The notes beneath the pieces were generated by a model. The model searched no databases, was not told where the DNA came from, and saw nothing but the letters and a program-made list of their open reading frames with translations. A DNA stretch of 64,000 bases from Flaviramulus sp. GTDB lineage: Bacteria; Bacteroidota; Bacteroidia; Flavobacteriales; Flavobacteriaceae. This document shows, in pieces, positions 1-10,349 of this stretch; the stretch's first letter is position 1, and each line of letters starts with the position of its first letter. The DNA is taken from the NCBI GenBank assembly GCA_030731745.1, contig JANQTJ010000037.1:77685-141684 (forward strand). Reading direction: 5' to 3'. A program made the position numbers and the translations under genes.

Positions 1-1101
1 ATCGTCATTTGGGTACTTTTTTTAGATGCATTAGTTATAATCCCATTTGCATGGCTACGTGCTAATCAACGGCCAATGCGATACACAGTCTTAAAGGTTT
101 TGAATGTTTGTGTAAACGTTGGACTCAATTTATTTTTCTTGTTAGTCCTGAAAGATTTAGCAAATATTTCACCGGTTTTTGATAGTATTTATATCTCAAA
201 TTTTGAAATAAACTATATTTTTATTGCTAATCTTATAGCAAGCGCTTTAACGTTTTTTCTCTTAATCCCTTTTTACACAGAAATTAAATATGTTTTTAAT
301 ATTGCATTATTAAAGCGCATGCTTACCTATGCTTTCCCTGTTTTAATAGCAGGTATAGCATTCTCTATAAACGAAGCTTTTGATAGATTTTTATTAGATG
401 ATTTATTACCTGAAAATATTGCAAAAACAGAAATAGGAATGTATTCAGCTTGCTATAAGCTTGCATTATTCATGACATTATTTGCTACTGCTTATCGTTT
501 AGGTATTGAACCCTATTTTTTTAGTCATGCTAAAAGTGAAAATCCCCAAAAAAATTACGCTAAAATATTAGAGTTTTTTGTCATTTTAGGGGCTTTAATA
601 TTATTAGTGGTTGTGGTTTTTGCCGATATATTAAAAATAATTTTTATTCCAAATGATGCTTACTGGGAAGCGATGTGGATTGTTCCAGTACTATTATTAG
701 CTAATTTCTGTTTGGGAATTTATCATAATCTATCAGTTTGGTATAAAATAACTGATAAAACAAAATTTGGTGCTTATATATCTGTAGCCGGAGCTATGGT
801 TACTTTAGCTTTAAATTTTTGGTTAATTCCAATTATGAGCTATAAAGGTTCTGCATTAGCAACTTTAGCTGCATATGGTTTTATGATGATTTTATCTTAC
901 TTTTTTGGGAGAAAGTATTATCCAATACCTTATAACCTTAAGAAAATGGTATTATATATATTACTTTCAATTGGATTATCAGGGTTATCATTTTATCAAT
1001 TTAGAGAGAATTATATAATAGGAATTTCTATGTTAATTGTATTTTTGGTAATCGTTTACTTTTTTGAAAAGAACGAACTAAAAAAATTGTTAAAAAGATA
1101 A
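1..1101 (+). CDS. MOP-superfamily polysaccharide/oligosaccharide flippase (Wzx-like), 5' end outside the window
   Basis: The frame of the 76..1101 ORF stays open back to position 1. The protein is strongly hydrophobic and multi-TM throughout, like the C-terminal half of polysaccharide biosynthesis (flippase) proteins. It ends 1 nt before dut. Confidence 0.6.
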   Translation: MVIWVLFLDALVIIPFAWLRANQRPMRYTVLKVLNVCVNVGLNLFFLLVLKDLANISPVFDSIYISNFEINYIFIANLIASALTFFLLIPFYTEIKYVFNIALLKRMLTYAFPVLIAGIAFSINEAFDRFLLDDLLPENIAKTEIGMYSACYKLALFMTLFATAYRLGIEPYFFSHAKSENPQKNYAKILEFFVILGALILLVVVVFADILKIIFIPNDAYWEAMWIVPVLLLANFCLGIYHNLSVWYKITDKTKFGAYISVAGAMVTLALNFWLIPIMSYKGSALATLAAYGFMMILSYFFGRKYYPIPYNLKKMVLYILLSIGLSGLSFYQFRENYIIGISMLIVFLVIVYFFEKNELKKLLKR

Positions 1102-1102
1102 T

Positions 1103-1537
1103 ATGCAAATAAAAATAATCAACAAATCCAATCACGAGTTACCGCACTACGAAACTATAGCTTCTGCAGGCATGGATTTAAGAGCACATATTACAGAAAC
1201 CATTATTTTAAAACCTTTAGAGCGAACCATAGTTAAAACAGGTTTGTTTATTGAGTTACCCATAGGTATTGAAGCGCAAGTAAGACCACGAAGCGGATTA
1301 GCGGCTAAAAGAGGCATTACAGTTTTAAACGCTCCAGGAACTGTTGATGCCGATTATAGAGGTGAAATTGGTGTTATTTTAGTGAATTTATCTAATGAAG
1401 ATTTTGTTATTGAAAACGGAGAAAGAATTGCACAATTAGTAATAGCAAAACATGAACGTGCTGAATGGAAAGTAGTAGAAGTGCTTTCTGAAACATCACG
1501 TGGAGAAGGTGGTTTTGGCAGTACAGGAACGAAGTAA
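1103..1537 (+). CDS. dut: dUTP diphosphatase
   Basis: 144 aa with dUTPase motifs 'RPRSGLAAK', '[10 protein letters not shown]' and the C-terminal '[10 protein letters not shown]'. Confidence 0.95.
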   Translation: MQIKIINKSNHELPHYETIASAGMDLRAHITETIILKPLERTIVKTGLFIELPIGIEAQVRPRSGLAAKRGITVLNAPGTVDADYRGEIGVILVNLSNEDFVIENGERIAQLVIAKHERAEWKVVEVLSETSRGEGGFGSTGTK

Positions 1538-1615
1538 TTAATGAATTACGATTGGTCATTTTTTATTTAAAAATTATAAAAAACATATTTTCAACAAAAC
1601 AAATCAATCTTTAAA

Positions 1616-2635
1616 ATGAAAATAATAGTACCCATGGCAGGACGAGGTTCTCGTTTACGGCCACATAGTTTAACAGTGCCAAAACCATTAATACCAGTGG
1701 CTGGGCAACCTATTGTTCACAGATTGGTAAAAGATATTGCTAAAGTATTAAAGCAACCCATTGATGAAATTGCTTTTGTTTTAGGAGATCCAGCATGGTT
1801 TGGAGACGATGTAGTTGCAAGTTTAGAAGATTTAGCTAACAGTTTAGGCGCTAAAGCATCTATTTACCGTCAAGACCTACCTTTAGGAACAGGACACGCT
1901 ATTATGTGTGCAAAACCATCCTTATCAGGACCAGCTGTAATTGCTTATGCAGATACTTTAATTAGGGCTGAGTTTGATTTAGATCCAACAGCTGATAGTG
2001 TTATTTGGACTAAAGAAGTAGATAACCCTGAAGCTTATGGCGTAGTTAAACTAAACAACAAAAACGAAATTGTTGAATTAGTTGAAAAACCAAAAAACTT
2101 TGTTAGTAATCAAGCCGTTATAGGTATTTATTATTTTAAAGATGTAGCTGTTTTAAAAGAGAAACTTCAAGAAATATTGGATGAAAATATTATGAATGGA
2201 GGCGAATACCAAATTAATGATGGTATAAAACGCATGATGGTAGTTGGTAAAGTTTTTAAAACGGGAACGGTTGATGAATGGATGGACTGTGGAAATAAAG
2301 CAATAACTATTGAAACCAATCAACGGATGTTAGGCTTTTTAAAAGCAGATGGTGATGAGCAGTTAATAGCGCCTTCAACACAATTAGAAAACTCCAAAAT
2401 TATTGAGCCGTGTTTTATTGGAGAAAATGTGGTACTAAAAAACTCCATTATTGGACCTTATGTATCCATAGGCAATCATTGTACAATAGAAAATTCAACC
2501 ATTAAAAATAGTTTAATACAAACGCATACCAGTATCAAAAATGCTAATTTAGATAATGCGATGATTGGTAATTATGTAGCATATAATGGCGATTTTACAA
2601 GTATTAGTATTGGGGATTATTCAATTTTAGAATAA
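1616..2635 (+). CDS. Sugar-phosphate nucleotidyltransferase with a C-terminal left-handed beta-helix
   Basis: The N-terminal 'PMAGRGSRLRP...PKPLIPV' is the NTP-transferase signature. The C-terminal part has hexapeptide-like repeats (IGENV.., IGPYV.., IGNHC..). Confidence 0.8.
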   Translation: MKIIVPMAGRGSRLRPHSLTVPKPLIPVAGQPIVHRLVKDIAKVLKQPIDEIAFVLGDPAWFGDDVVASLEDLANSLGAKASIYRQDLPLGTGHAIMCAKPSLSGPAVIAYADTLIRAEFDLDPTADSVIWTKEVDNPEAYGVVKLNNKNEIVELVEKPKNFVSNQAVIGIYYFKDVAVLKEKLQEILDENIMNGGEYQINDGIKRMMVVGKVFKTGTVDEWMDCGNKAITIETNQRMLGFLKADGDEQLIAPSTQLENSKIIEPCFIGENVVLKNSIIGPYVSIGNHCTIENSTIKNSLIQTHTSIKNANLDNAMIGNYVAYNGDFTSISIGDYSILE

Positions 2636-2704
2636 TTTTAGATTTCGGTATACAATTTGAATTAATCTTTTGATGCTATTATATTAAAAAGTACTTTTCA
2701 GTAA

Positions 2705-4045
2705 ATGATTAAAAAAATCTACATAAGCTTTCTTTTCTTCGGAATTTTAATGTTCCCCACTATAAACTATGCTCAAAATGATGATTTAGAAAATAACGAA
2801 GACAAGTTTCAGGAGTTTTTTTTTGAAGCTTTAAAACAAAAATCTATCGAAAACTATGATAGATCTATTGAAGCACTTTTGAAATGTCTTGAAATTGATG
2901 ATACGGTTCCAGTTTTATATTTTGAATTAGGTAAAAATCATAACTTACTTAAAAATTTTGGAGCAGCTGAAGATGCATTTAAAAAGGCAGTAGATAGAGA
3001 CTCAGATAATGAATGGTTTTTAGATGAACTTTACGGTTTTTACGTTTCTCAAAATGATTATGATAAGGCTATTAAAACCCTTGAGCAATTAGTAAAATAC
3101 CATCCAGATTACAAAGAGGATTTGGCATCTATATATGCTAAAACAGAAAAATATGATGCAGCTTTAGAAATTTTAGATGCATTAGATGCACAGTTTGGAA
3201 TTTCAGTCTCTCGTGATCTGATGCGAAATCGAATTTATGATATTACTGGCAGAAAAAAAGATCAAATTAAAAATCTAGAAACACGGGTTGAAAATAACCC
3301 AGATAATGAGACCAATTATTTAGCACTAATTTTTCGATATAGTGAAAATAATGAAAAAGATAAGGCTTTTGAAACAGCAAAGGAATTGTTAAAAACAAAC
3401 CCCAACTCGCAACTAGTGCATTTAGCATTATATAAATTTTATATTGAAGATAATGATGCTGAAAATGCTATTGAGTCTATGCAAATTGTTGTTAAAAGCA
3501 ATGAGATTAAGCCCGAAGCTAAACTTAAAGTACTAACTGATTTTGTAGAGTTTGTCTCTCGTAATCCACAATACGAAACTGATTTAGTTGAGGCAACTGC
3601 TATGGTTAGCGATACTAATAATAGTAAAACACTTATTGAATTAGGACAATACTACTTATCAAAAAATAATAAAGAAAAAGCGTTAGAATATTTTGAGAAA
3701 GCCTTAAAATTAGAGTCTGATAATTTTGGAGTTTTACGTAATGTGATGTTATTATACATTGATTTAAAAAAATATAATCTTGCTGAAGAAAAAAGTAGAA
3801 ACGCCCTTGATAAATATCCGTCTCAGCCTATATTTTACCTAGTTAATGGTGTTTCGCTTAACGAGTTAAATAAACCTAAAAAAGCTATTGAGTCTCTAGA
3901 AATGGGATTAGATTATATTATAGACAACACTAAAATGGAAGCCGATTTTTATAATCAATTAATTAAAGCCTATACACTGTTAAACAATACTGATAAAACA
4001 AAAACGTTTACTGATAAAGCCAAACAATTAGAAACCCCAAATTAA
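2705..4045 (+). CDS. Secreted TPR-repeat protein
   Basis: Has a signal peptide (MIKKIYISFLFFGILMFPTINYAQ) and repeated about 34-aa helical A/Y/L-patterned units. Its stop overlaps the next start by 1 nt. Confidence 0.75.
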   Translation: MIKKIYISFLFFGILMFPTINYAQNDDLENNEDKFQEFFFEALKQKSIENYDRSIEALLKCLEIDDTVPVLYFELGKNHNLLKNFGAAEDAFKKAVDRDSDNEWFLDELYGFYVSQNDYDKAIKTLEQLVKYHPDYKEDLASIYAKTEKYDAALEILDALDAQFGISVSRDLMRNRIYDITGRKKDQIKNLETRVENNPDNETNYLALIFRYSENNEKDKAFETAKELLKTNPNSQLVHLALYKFYIEDNDAENAIESMQIVVKSNEIKPEAKLKVLTDFVEFVSRNPQYETDLVEATAMVSDTNNSKTLIELGQYYLSKNNKEKALEYFEKALKLESDNFGVLRNVMLLYIDLKKYNLAEEKSRNALDKYPSQPIFYLVNGVSLNELNKPKKAIESLEMGLDYIIDNTKMEADFYNQLIKAYTLLNNTDKTKTFTDKAKQLETPN

Positions 4046-4812
4046 TGAATATACGTTCCCAATTCGCTTTAGTTTTACTAACTATTTTTTTGTGTAATTG
4101 TAAATCATCAAAAACTATTAATGGTGGTGATGCAAATTTCAAACTTTCAACTAAGCAGTTAATAAAAGAAAACACAAAGCAAGCACCTAATTTCACTACG
4201 CTTCAATCTAAACTCAAAATAACGTTAGATCAAAACGGAAAAACACAAACACATACAGTTAATTTTAGAGCAAAAAAAGATGAAATGTTATGGATGAACG
4301 CCACGTTTTCGGTTATTAGAGCGTTAATTACTCCCGAAAAAGTTAGTTTTTATAACAAGCTAGACAATACGTATTTTGATGGCAATTATAAATATTTGAG
4401 CGATTTATTAGGCACCGAATTAGATTTTAAGAAAGTTCAAAATTTATTATTAGGCGAGTCTATTTTCAATCTCAAAGAAGGTGATTATAAAGCTATAGTT
4501 GACGATAATACATATATTCTTCAACCTAAAAAACAACTGGATCTTTTTGAAATTTTCTTTTTAATAGACCCTTCATATTTTAAGGTGAAATCTCAACAAA
4601 TTTCGCAACCTAAAGAACATAGACATTTACAAATTGATTATATTTCTCATCAAGTAATAGGTAAACAAATTTTACCAGAAAACATAAAAGTAATTGCAAT
4701 AGAAGAGAATGAAGAAATTATTCTAAAATTAGAATTTAAAAATGTTTCCTTAAATGAAGATTTAAATTTTCCTTTTAAAATACCTTCTGGGTTTAAAGAA
4801 ATAGAACTTTAA
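4045..4812 (+). CDS. DUF4292-like (LolB-like) lipoprotein
   Basis: Has a lipoprotein signal ('LTIFLCNC') and is about 255 aa. It sits between the TPR and M23 genes as in other Flavobacteriia, with TAATG overlaps on both sides. Confidence 0.6.
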   Translation: MNIRSQFALVLLTIFLCNCKSSKTINGGDANFKLSTKQLIKENTKQAPNFTTLQSKLKITLDQNGKTQTHTVNFRAKKDEMLWMNATFSVIRALITPEKVSFYNKLDNTYFDGNYKYLSDLLGTELDFKKVQNLLLGESIFNLKEGDYKAIVDDNTYILQPKKQLDLFEIFFLIDPSYFKVKSQQISQPKEHRHLQIDYISHQVIGKQILPENIKVIAIEENEEIILKLEFKNVSLNEDLNFPFKIPSGFKEIEL

Positions 4813-6041
4813 TGATGCTGCTTAAACAAACATATAAAACTGCATTTCTGCTAATATTTCTTTTATTTAGCATTTCAATTTTTTCTCAAAACAACAAACA
4901 AAAAGAACTTGAAACCAGGAGACTGGAACTGCGCAGAGAAATTCAGAAAATTAATGAGTTACGCGCTGAAAATAAATCCAAAGAAAAATCGCAACTATCA
5001 CTTATAGAGAATTTTAATTATAAGATAAATGTGCTTTCTAATTTAATTAAAGTTACTAATCAGCAAGCTAATTTATTAAACCGGGATATTAATTCAAACC
5101 AGAAAAAGATAACCGATTTAAGAAATGAATTAAAGCAGTTAAAAGAGGTTTATGCTGCTATGATTGTTAAATCTTATAAAAGCAAAAACCAACAAAGTAG
5201 AGTTATGTTTTTATTGTCTTCAAACAATTTTAAACAAGCTTATAAAAGGTTGCAGTATATGAAACAATATTCAGACCATCAAAAGCTGCAAGGTGAAACT
5301 ATAAAAACGAAAACTGTAGAATTACAACAAACCAATACAAATTTATTAAAGCAACAAGAAAATAAGAGAAAATTGATTGCCGAAAACAGGGAGGTTCAAA
5401 AATCTTTAGAAGTAGAAAGAAAAGAGCAAGAGCTTTTAATGAAATCTATAAAAAACGATCTATCAAAATACGCCTCTCAGTTAAAACAAAAACAACGAGA
5501 AGTTGATAGAATTGATGCAGAAATTGATAGAATTATTGCAGAGGCTATTGCAAAATCAAACAAAAAGGTTAGTAAAAGTCCAACCTCAAATACGTTTGCT
5601 TTAACACCTGAAGAAAAAGTATTGGCATCAAATTTTATTTCAAATAAAGGTAAATTGCCTTGGCCTGTAGAAAAAGGTTATGTTACGCTTGGTTACGGCA
5701 CTCAACCTTCACCCATAAATAAAACATTAACAATTAAAAGTAACGGTGTAAGATTAGCAACAGAGAAAGGCGCAAAAGTTATGGCAGTTTTTAATGGAGA
5801 AGTAACCTCAGTAAAAAAACTAAAAAACGCTAATCCTTTAGTAGTTATTCGTCATGGAAATTATTACACTGTTTATACAAACCTTTTAAAGGTTTATGTG
5901 AAAGAAGGCGATAAGGTTTCAACAAAACAAACTATTGGTGAAGTATTTACAAACCCTGCAAACGGCGAAACCATTTTTAGCTTTAGTATTTATAAAGAAG
6001 GAGCATCACAAAATCCTTCAGGCTGGATTTATAAAATGTAA
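4812..6041 (+). CDS. EnvC-like murein hydrolase activator (coiled-coil plus degenerate LytM/M23 domain)
   Basis: Has a signal peptide, a roughly 230-aa K/E/Q-rich coiled-coil and a C-terminal LytM fold. The catalytic HxxxD and HxH positions are replaced ('NGVRL', 'YTNL', 'IFSFSIY'). Confidence 0.8.
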   Translation: MMLLKQTYKTAFLLIFLLFSISIFSQNNKQKELETRRLELRREIQKINELRAENKSKEKSQLSLIENFNYKINVLSNLIKVTNQQANLLNRDINSNQKKITDLRNELKQLKEVYAAMIVKSYKSKNQQSRVMFLLSSNNFKQAYKRLQYMKQYSDHQKLQGETIKTKTVELQQTNTNLLKQQENKRKLIAENREVQKSLEVERKEQELLMKSIKNDLSKYASQLKQKQREVDRIDAEIDRIIAEAIAKSNKKVSKSPTSNTFALTPEEKVLASNFISNKGKLPWPVEKGYVTLGYGTQPSPINKTLTIKSNGVRLATEKGAKVMAVFNGEVTSVKKLKNANPLVVIRHGNYYTVYTNLLKVYVKEGDKVSTKQTIGEVFTNPANGETIFSFSIYKEGASQNPSGWIYKM

Positions 6042-6063
6042 CAGTTAATTAAATAATTTTTTT

Positions 6064-6147
6064 GGCGTTACCACAAGGGTCGGGCTTTTCGTTACAAGTC
6101 CTCGCTTCGTTCCTTCGCTGTGGGCTTTTCACTGCAATCCCTAACGC
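6064..6147 (+). repeat. Structured intergenic repeat, copy A
   Basis: Contains two internal about 20-nt modules, GGGCTTTTCGTTACAAGTCC and GGGCTTTTCACTGCAATCCC, and ends in CCCTAACGCA. The termini are GCGTTA...TAACGC and are inverted. Related copies lie at 31053..31124 (reverse) and 42515..42616. Confidence 0.7.
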
Positions 6148-6157
6148 ATTTTAAAAC

Positions 6158-6667
6158 TTAATCAAACAACGCCTTTAACTCTGTGGCTTCATTAGGTTTT
6201 ATTTTACCAGCTAATAATAAACTTAATTGTTTTCTGCGTAAAGCAGCATCAAAACGTTCTTTTTCTAAATCAGTTTCTGGGATCACTTCGGGTACCGTAA
6301 TTGGGCGTCCCGTTTCATCTACGGCTACAAACGTATAAATGGCTTCATTTGCTTTAGTTTTATTGCCAGATTCACGATCTTCAATCCAAACATCAATAAA
6401 CACCTCCATAGAGGTTTTAAAAGCACGAGAAACCTTTGCTTCAACCGTAACGACACTTCCTAAGGGAACCGCACGATTAAAAGCTACATGATTCACAGAT
6501 GCCGTTACAACTATACGTCTGCTGTGGCGTCTAGCCGAAATACTTGCAGCACGATCCATTCGCGCTAAAAGTTCGCCGCCAAATAAATTATTTAAAGGAT
6601 TGGTTTCACCAGGTAAAACCATATCGGTCATAATTGTTCTTGACTGTTCGGGTGTTTTAGCTTGCAT
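6158..6667 (-). CDS. Acyl-CoA thioesterase (hotdog fold, YciA-like)
   Basis: 169 aa. 'VLPGETNPLNNLFGGELLARMD' and 'VTASVNHVAFNRAV' are typical of acyl-CoA hydrolases. Confidence 0.85.
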   Translation of the reverse strand: MQAKTPEQSRTIMTDMVLPGETNPLNNLFGGELLARMDRAASISARRHSRRIVVTASVNHVAFNRAVPLGSVVTVEAKVSRAFKTSMEVFIDVWIEDRESGNKTKANEAIYTFVAVDETGRPITVPEVIPETDLEKERFDAALRRKQLSLLLAGKIKPNEATELKALFD

Positions 6668-6740
6668 TATATAAAGATTAATAATGGCGTAAATATAGTG
6701 CTCATTTAGGTATTAAAGCACTAAAAAGGTATAAGGCTTA

Positions 6741-8090
6741 TTAATTTTCTACTTTAACAATTTTTATTTTTCTTTGAGAAGCCAAATTAATACTTGTTTT
6801 TAATGCTTTTTGAGCATCACCCAAATCATTAAATTTTTCTTGATAAACTAAGTAGTTACTACTTTTTTTATGAAAAAAGAAGTTAGCATTATTTAAACCA
6901 GTTGATTTTAGAGTCTTTAAAAATGCATCTTTTTTTAAGGCATCGGTAAAACTTCCTAAAATTAAATAATAACCATTTTCTGTATTATCAAGCTCTCTAA
7001 TTATTTGAATAATATTTGGGTTGTCAAAATTTTGCACTTCTTTCTGCACTTTTGATACTTGATTAGTAACAACACTTTCAGAATTAGCGGTATAAGTTTT
7101 CTGTGAAGTTATTTCTGTTTTGGTGAACACTTTTTTTGGAGTGGAAACTTCTTTGTTTGACTCAGAATCTACTTTAATCCAAGCATCTCTATTATGTGTT
7201 TTTCTAATATCATGTACAGCTGTTAAAGCCTCCTTTCCAGTTTCATAACTACCATATACCACTTCATATAAGCCAAACTTATTTAATCCAATATTTTTTG
7301 CTTTATAACCAAGTGTTGTTAATTCTTCAACTTTTTTATCTGAGTTTTCTTTGACTCTAAAAGCACCAGCAACAATATGATAATTACCAGATTCTTTATC
7401 AATATTTAAAGTAATTGCAGGAAGCGGATTTAAGTTAAAAGTAGCTTGTTGTATTTTATTGTCTAGTTGTTTGGTAGCTTCTTCTTGCGCTAATTGATTA
7501 TACTCTTCAATTTTCTTTACATAAAAATTTGAAGAAACTAAACCGCCAAGAGTTAATGCTACTAAGGCAACAGCAGCATATTTTAAATAAGGTCTTGCTT
7601 TTCGACTTTCTGGAGTTATTGTTATTGGCGTTACTTTTTCAATAGTTTTTACAGTTTGTTTGTAAACTTCTCTATTTACACACGGTGATACAAATTGGGT
7701 TAAACCAAAAGAATCTGTTAGGTAATTGAGATGATAACAAGGCTCAAACAAAATTTTTCCTTCTTCGTTAAAAACAATTTCACCAATATTTTTAAAATTA
7801 ATTGTTTCGCCTTGTGTTAAGTAAGATTTTAATAGTTTAACACGTTTAGCAATTTTTTTATTAGCAGTTTCAAAAGGTATTTTTTCTAAATCAGCTATAT
7901 AATTAGCTAATAAGCCATCATTTTTTTGAATTTGCTCGTTAAAAGACAACATTTTTTTTGGAGCATAAAATATATTTGATGTTTCGTTAATAGTTGCAGA
8001 CGTTTTTTGTGTTAAAAATGCACCAAAATCTGGGATAGTAACACATTCGTATCTATAAAGTAAATCGCTTATATAAGTTTCTAATTGCAT
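6741..8090 (-). CDS. HU-like N-terminal domain plus tandem SPOR-domain protein
   Basis: The N-terminal 'LLYRYECVTIPDFGAF' matches the HU-CCDC81-type domain. There is one TM helix and two C-terminal SPOR-like units ('YHIVAGAF...', 'YYLILGSF...'). Confidence 0.7.
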   Translation of the reverse strand: MQLETYISDLLYRYECVTIPDFGAFLTQKTSATINETSNIFYAPKKMLSFNEQIQKNDGLLANYIADLEKIPFETANKKIAKRVKLLKSYLTQGETINFKNIGEIVFNEEGKILFEPCYHLNYLTDSFGLTQFVSPCVNREVYKQTVKTIEKVTPITITPESRKARPYLKYAAVALVALTLGGLVSSNFYVKKIEEYNQLAQEEATKQLDNKIQQATFNLNPLPAITLNIDKESGNYHIVAGAFRVKENSDKKVEELTTLGYKAKNIGLNKFGLYEVVYGSYETGKEALTAVHDIRKTHNRDAWIKVDSESNKEVSTPKKVFTKTEITSQKTYTANSESVVTNQVSKVQKEVQNFDNPNIIQIIRELDNTENGYYLILGSFTDALKKDAFLKTLKSTGLNNANFFFHKKSSNYLVYQEKFNDLGDAQKALKTSINLASQRKIKIVKVEN

Positions 8091-8190
8091 AGAAACAAAG
8101 TTAAAATTTTTTGCTTTTAGATAAAATTTACAAGGAAGTATTTATTAACAGTATAAAAATTCTTTTATTGCAGTTTAAAATCAAACATTT

Positions 8191-9297
8191 ATGATGACCG
8201 ATCAGGATTTGCTTTATACTTTAGCCTTACAACATGTACCAAATATTGGTGATATTACCGCAAAAAGACTTATTAATCATTGTGGATCTGCCCAAGCTGT
8301 TTTAAAAGAAAAGAAGCAAAATCTATTAAGAATTGATGGTATAGGAAGTGTTATTTTAGGTGATTTACAGAATACAGAATATTTAAAACAAGCAGAAAAA
8401 GAATTAGAGTTTATAAATTCCAACCATTTTATAGTCTCTTATTTTAAGGAAAATGATTATCCTGATAAGTTAAAACATTGTATTGATGGGCCTATTTTAT
8501 TATTTCAAACGGGAAATATAAACTTAAAACAACAACATATTATAAGCATTGTAGGTGCTAGAAAAATTACAACAAGCGGAATTGCTTTTTGTGAAGATTT
8601 GGTTGAAAGATTAGTGCCTTATAACCCTATAATCGTTTCAGGTTTCGCATACGGAACTGATATTACAGCTCACAAAGCAGCTATAAAACACAATTTACAA
8701 ACTATAGGTTGTTTAGCACATGGACTAAATACTATTTATCCCAAAGTTCATAAAAGATATATGGCTGATATGGAAAAAAATGGTGGTTTTTTTACTGATT
8801 TTTGGAGTTCAGACAAATTTGATAAAAGAAATTTTTTAAAACGAAACAGAATCATTGCTGGTTTAAGTGAGGCTACTATTGTTATAGAATCTGCAGAAAA
8901 AGGTGGTAGTTTAGTTACTGCGGATATTGCAAATTCGTATAACCGAGATGTATTTGCAGTTCCAGGAAGAACTACAGATAGCCAAAGTATTGGTTGCAAT
9001 AATTTAATAAAACACCAAAAAGCACATATGCTTACCACACCTATAGATATTCCTTATATATTAAATTGGAATTTAGAAGATGATAAAAAACCAGTTATCC
9101 AAAAACAATTGTTTGTTGAGTTGGAGGCCACTGAGAAAATAATTTATAATTATTTAAAACAAAACGAAAAACAACAATTAGACGTAATTGCGATAAATTG
9201 TGTATTACCAATTTTTAAAGTTGCGAGTATTTTACTAACCATGGAATTAAAAGGCGTTATCAGACCTTTACCTGGCAAGTTATTTGAGGTTGTTTAA
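8191..9297 (+). CDS. dprA: DNA-processing protein DprA
   Basis: 368 aa. The Rossmann-like core has 'IVSGFAYGTDITAHKAA' and 'GGSLVTADIA'. The C-terminus is winged-helix-like. Confidence 0.9.
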   Translation: MMTDQDLLYTLALQHVPNIGDITAKRLINHCGSAQAVLKEKKQNLLRIDGIGSVILGDLQNTEYLKQAEKELEFINSNHFIVSYFKENDYPDKLKHCIDGPILLFQTGNINLKQQHIISIVGARKITTSGIAFCEDLVERLVPYNPIIVSGFAYGTDITAHKAAIKHNLQTIGCLAHGLNTIYPKVHKRYMADMEKNGGFFTDFWSSDKFDKRNFLKRNRIIAGLSEATIVIESAEKGGSLVTADIANSYNRDVFAVPGRTTDSQSIGCNNLIKHQKAHMLTTPIDIPYILNWNLEDDKKPVIQKQLFVELEATEKIIYNYLKQNEKQQLDVIAINCVLPIFKVASILLTMELKGVIRPLPGKLFEVV

Positions 9298-9312
9298 CAA
9301 TTTTCTGTATCA

Positions 9313-10281
9313 TTAATATCCAACTTTTGCTCGTACTCTTCCTAAAACATCATTAGCAATTAGCTTTGCTTTTTCAGCACCAATAGCTAAAGCTTTATCA
9401 ATTTCGTTAACGTTATTCATATAATAATTATAGCGTTCACGTTCTGTCGCAAAGGTTTCAACTATTAATTCAAATAAGGCTTGTTTTGCATGTCCGTAAC
9501 CATAATTACCATGCTCATAATTAGCTTTCATCTTTTTAATTTGCTCATCATTAGCTAATAAACTATAAATCGCAAAACAGTTACATGTTTTCCAATCTTT
9601 AGGGTCTTCAAGGGGTGTGCTATCTGTTTGAATACCCATAATTTGTTTGCGTAGTTTTTTATCATCTAAAAAAATATTGATGATGTTATCTCTACTCTTG
9701 CTCATTTTCTCGCCATCTGTACCAGGAATAAGCATGGTTGTTTTTTGCACTTCTGCTTTAGGTAAAACAAAGGTTTCTCCAACTTTAGCATGAAATCTTG
9801 AGGCTACATCACGAGTCATTTCAATATGCTGTTCTTGATCTTTTCCTACAGGTATAATATCTGCATCATATAATAAAATATCAGCAGCCATAAGCATTGG
9901 ATATGCAAATAAACCAGAATTTACATCTTCAAGCCTATCTGCTTTATCTTTAAAGCTATGCGCTAATGTTAAACGCTGGAATGGAAAAAAACAACTTAAA
10001 TACCAAGACAATTCAGTTACTTGTGGCACATCACTTTGTCTGTAAAAAACCGTTTTTTCAATATCTAAACCGAAAGCTAACCAAGTAGCTGCTGTAGAAT
10101 ACGTATTAGCTCTTAACGTTTCAGCATCTTTTATTTGAGTTAGAGTATGAAGATTTGCAATAAACAAATAAGAATCGTTTAATGGGTTTTTGGCCATTTC
10201 TATGGCTGGAATTATTGCGCCTAAAATATTTCCTAAATGTGGTGTGCCTGTACTTTGTATGCCTGTAAGTATTCTTGCCAT
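9313..10281 (-). CDS. trpS: Tryptophan--tRNA ligase
   Basis: 322 aa with class-I motifs 'GTPHLGN' (HIGH-like) and 'KMSKS'. Confidence 0.95.
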   Translation of the reverse strand: MARILTGIQSTGTPHLGNILGAIIPAIEMAKNPLNDSYLFIANLHTLTQIKDAETLRANTYSTAATWLAFGLDIEKTVFYRQSDVPQVTELSWYLSCFFPFQRLTLAHSFKDKADRLEDVNSGLFAYPMLMAADILLYDADIIPVGKDQEQHIEMTRDVASRFHAKVGETFVLPKAEVQKTTMLIPGTDGEKMSKSRDNIINIFLDDKKLRKQIMGIQTDSTPLEDPKDWKTCNCFAIYSLLANDEQIKKMKANYEHGNYGYGHAKQALFELIVETFATERERYNYYMNNVNEIDKALAIGAEKAKLIANDVLGRVRAKVGY

Positions 10282-10303
10282 GGTAATGTTGTAAGTATTG
10301 GCG

Positions 10304-10311
10304 CAAAGGTA
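10304..10311 (-). promoter_or_regulatory. Bacteroidetes-type -7 box (TACCTTTG) for trpS
   Basis: The reverse complement of CAAAGGTA matches TAnnTTTG and lies about 23 nt upstream of the trpS ATG. Confidence 0.45.
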
Positions 10312-10349
10312 ATTTTTTTAATAGAATTGCTCAATACAATTGTGTATTT

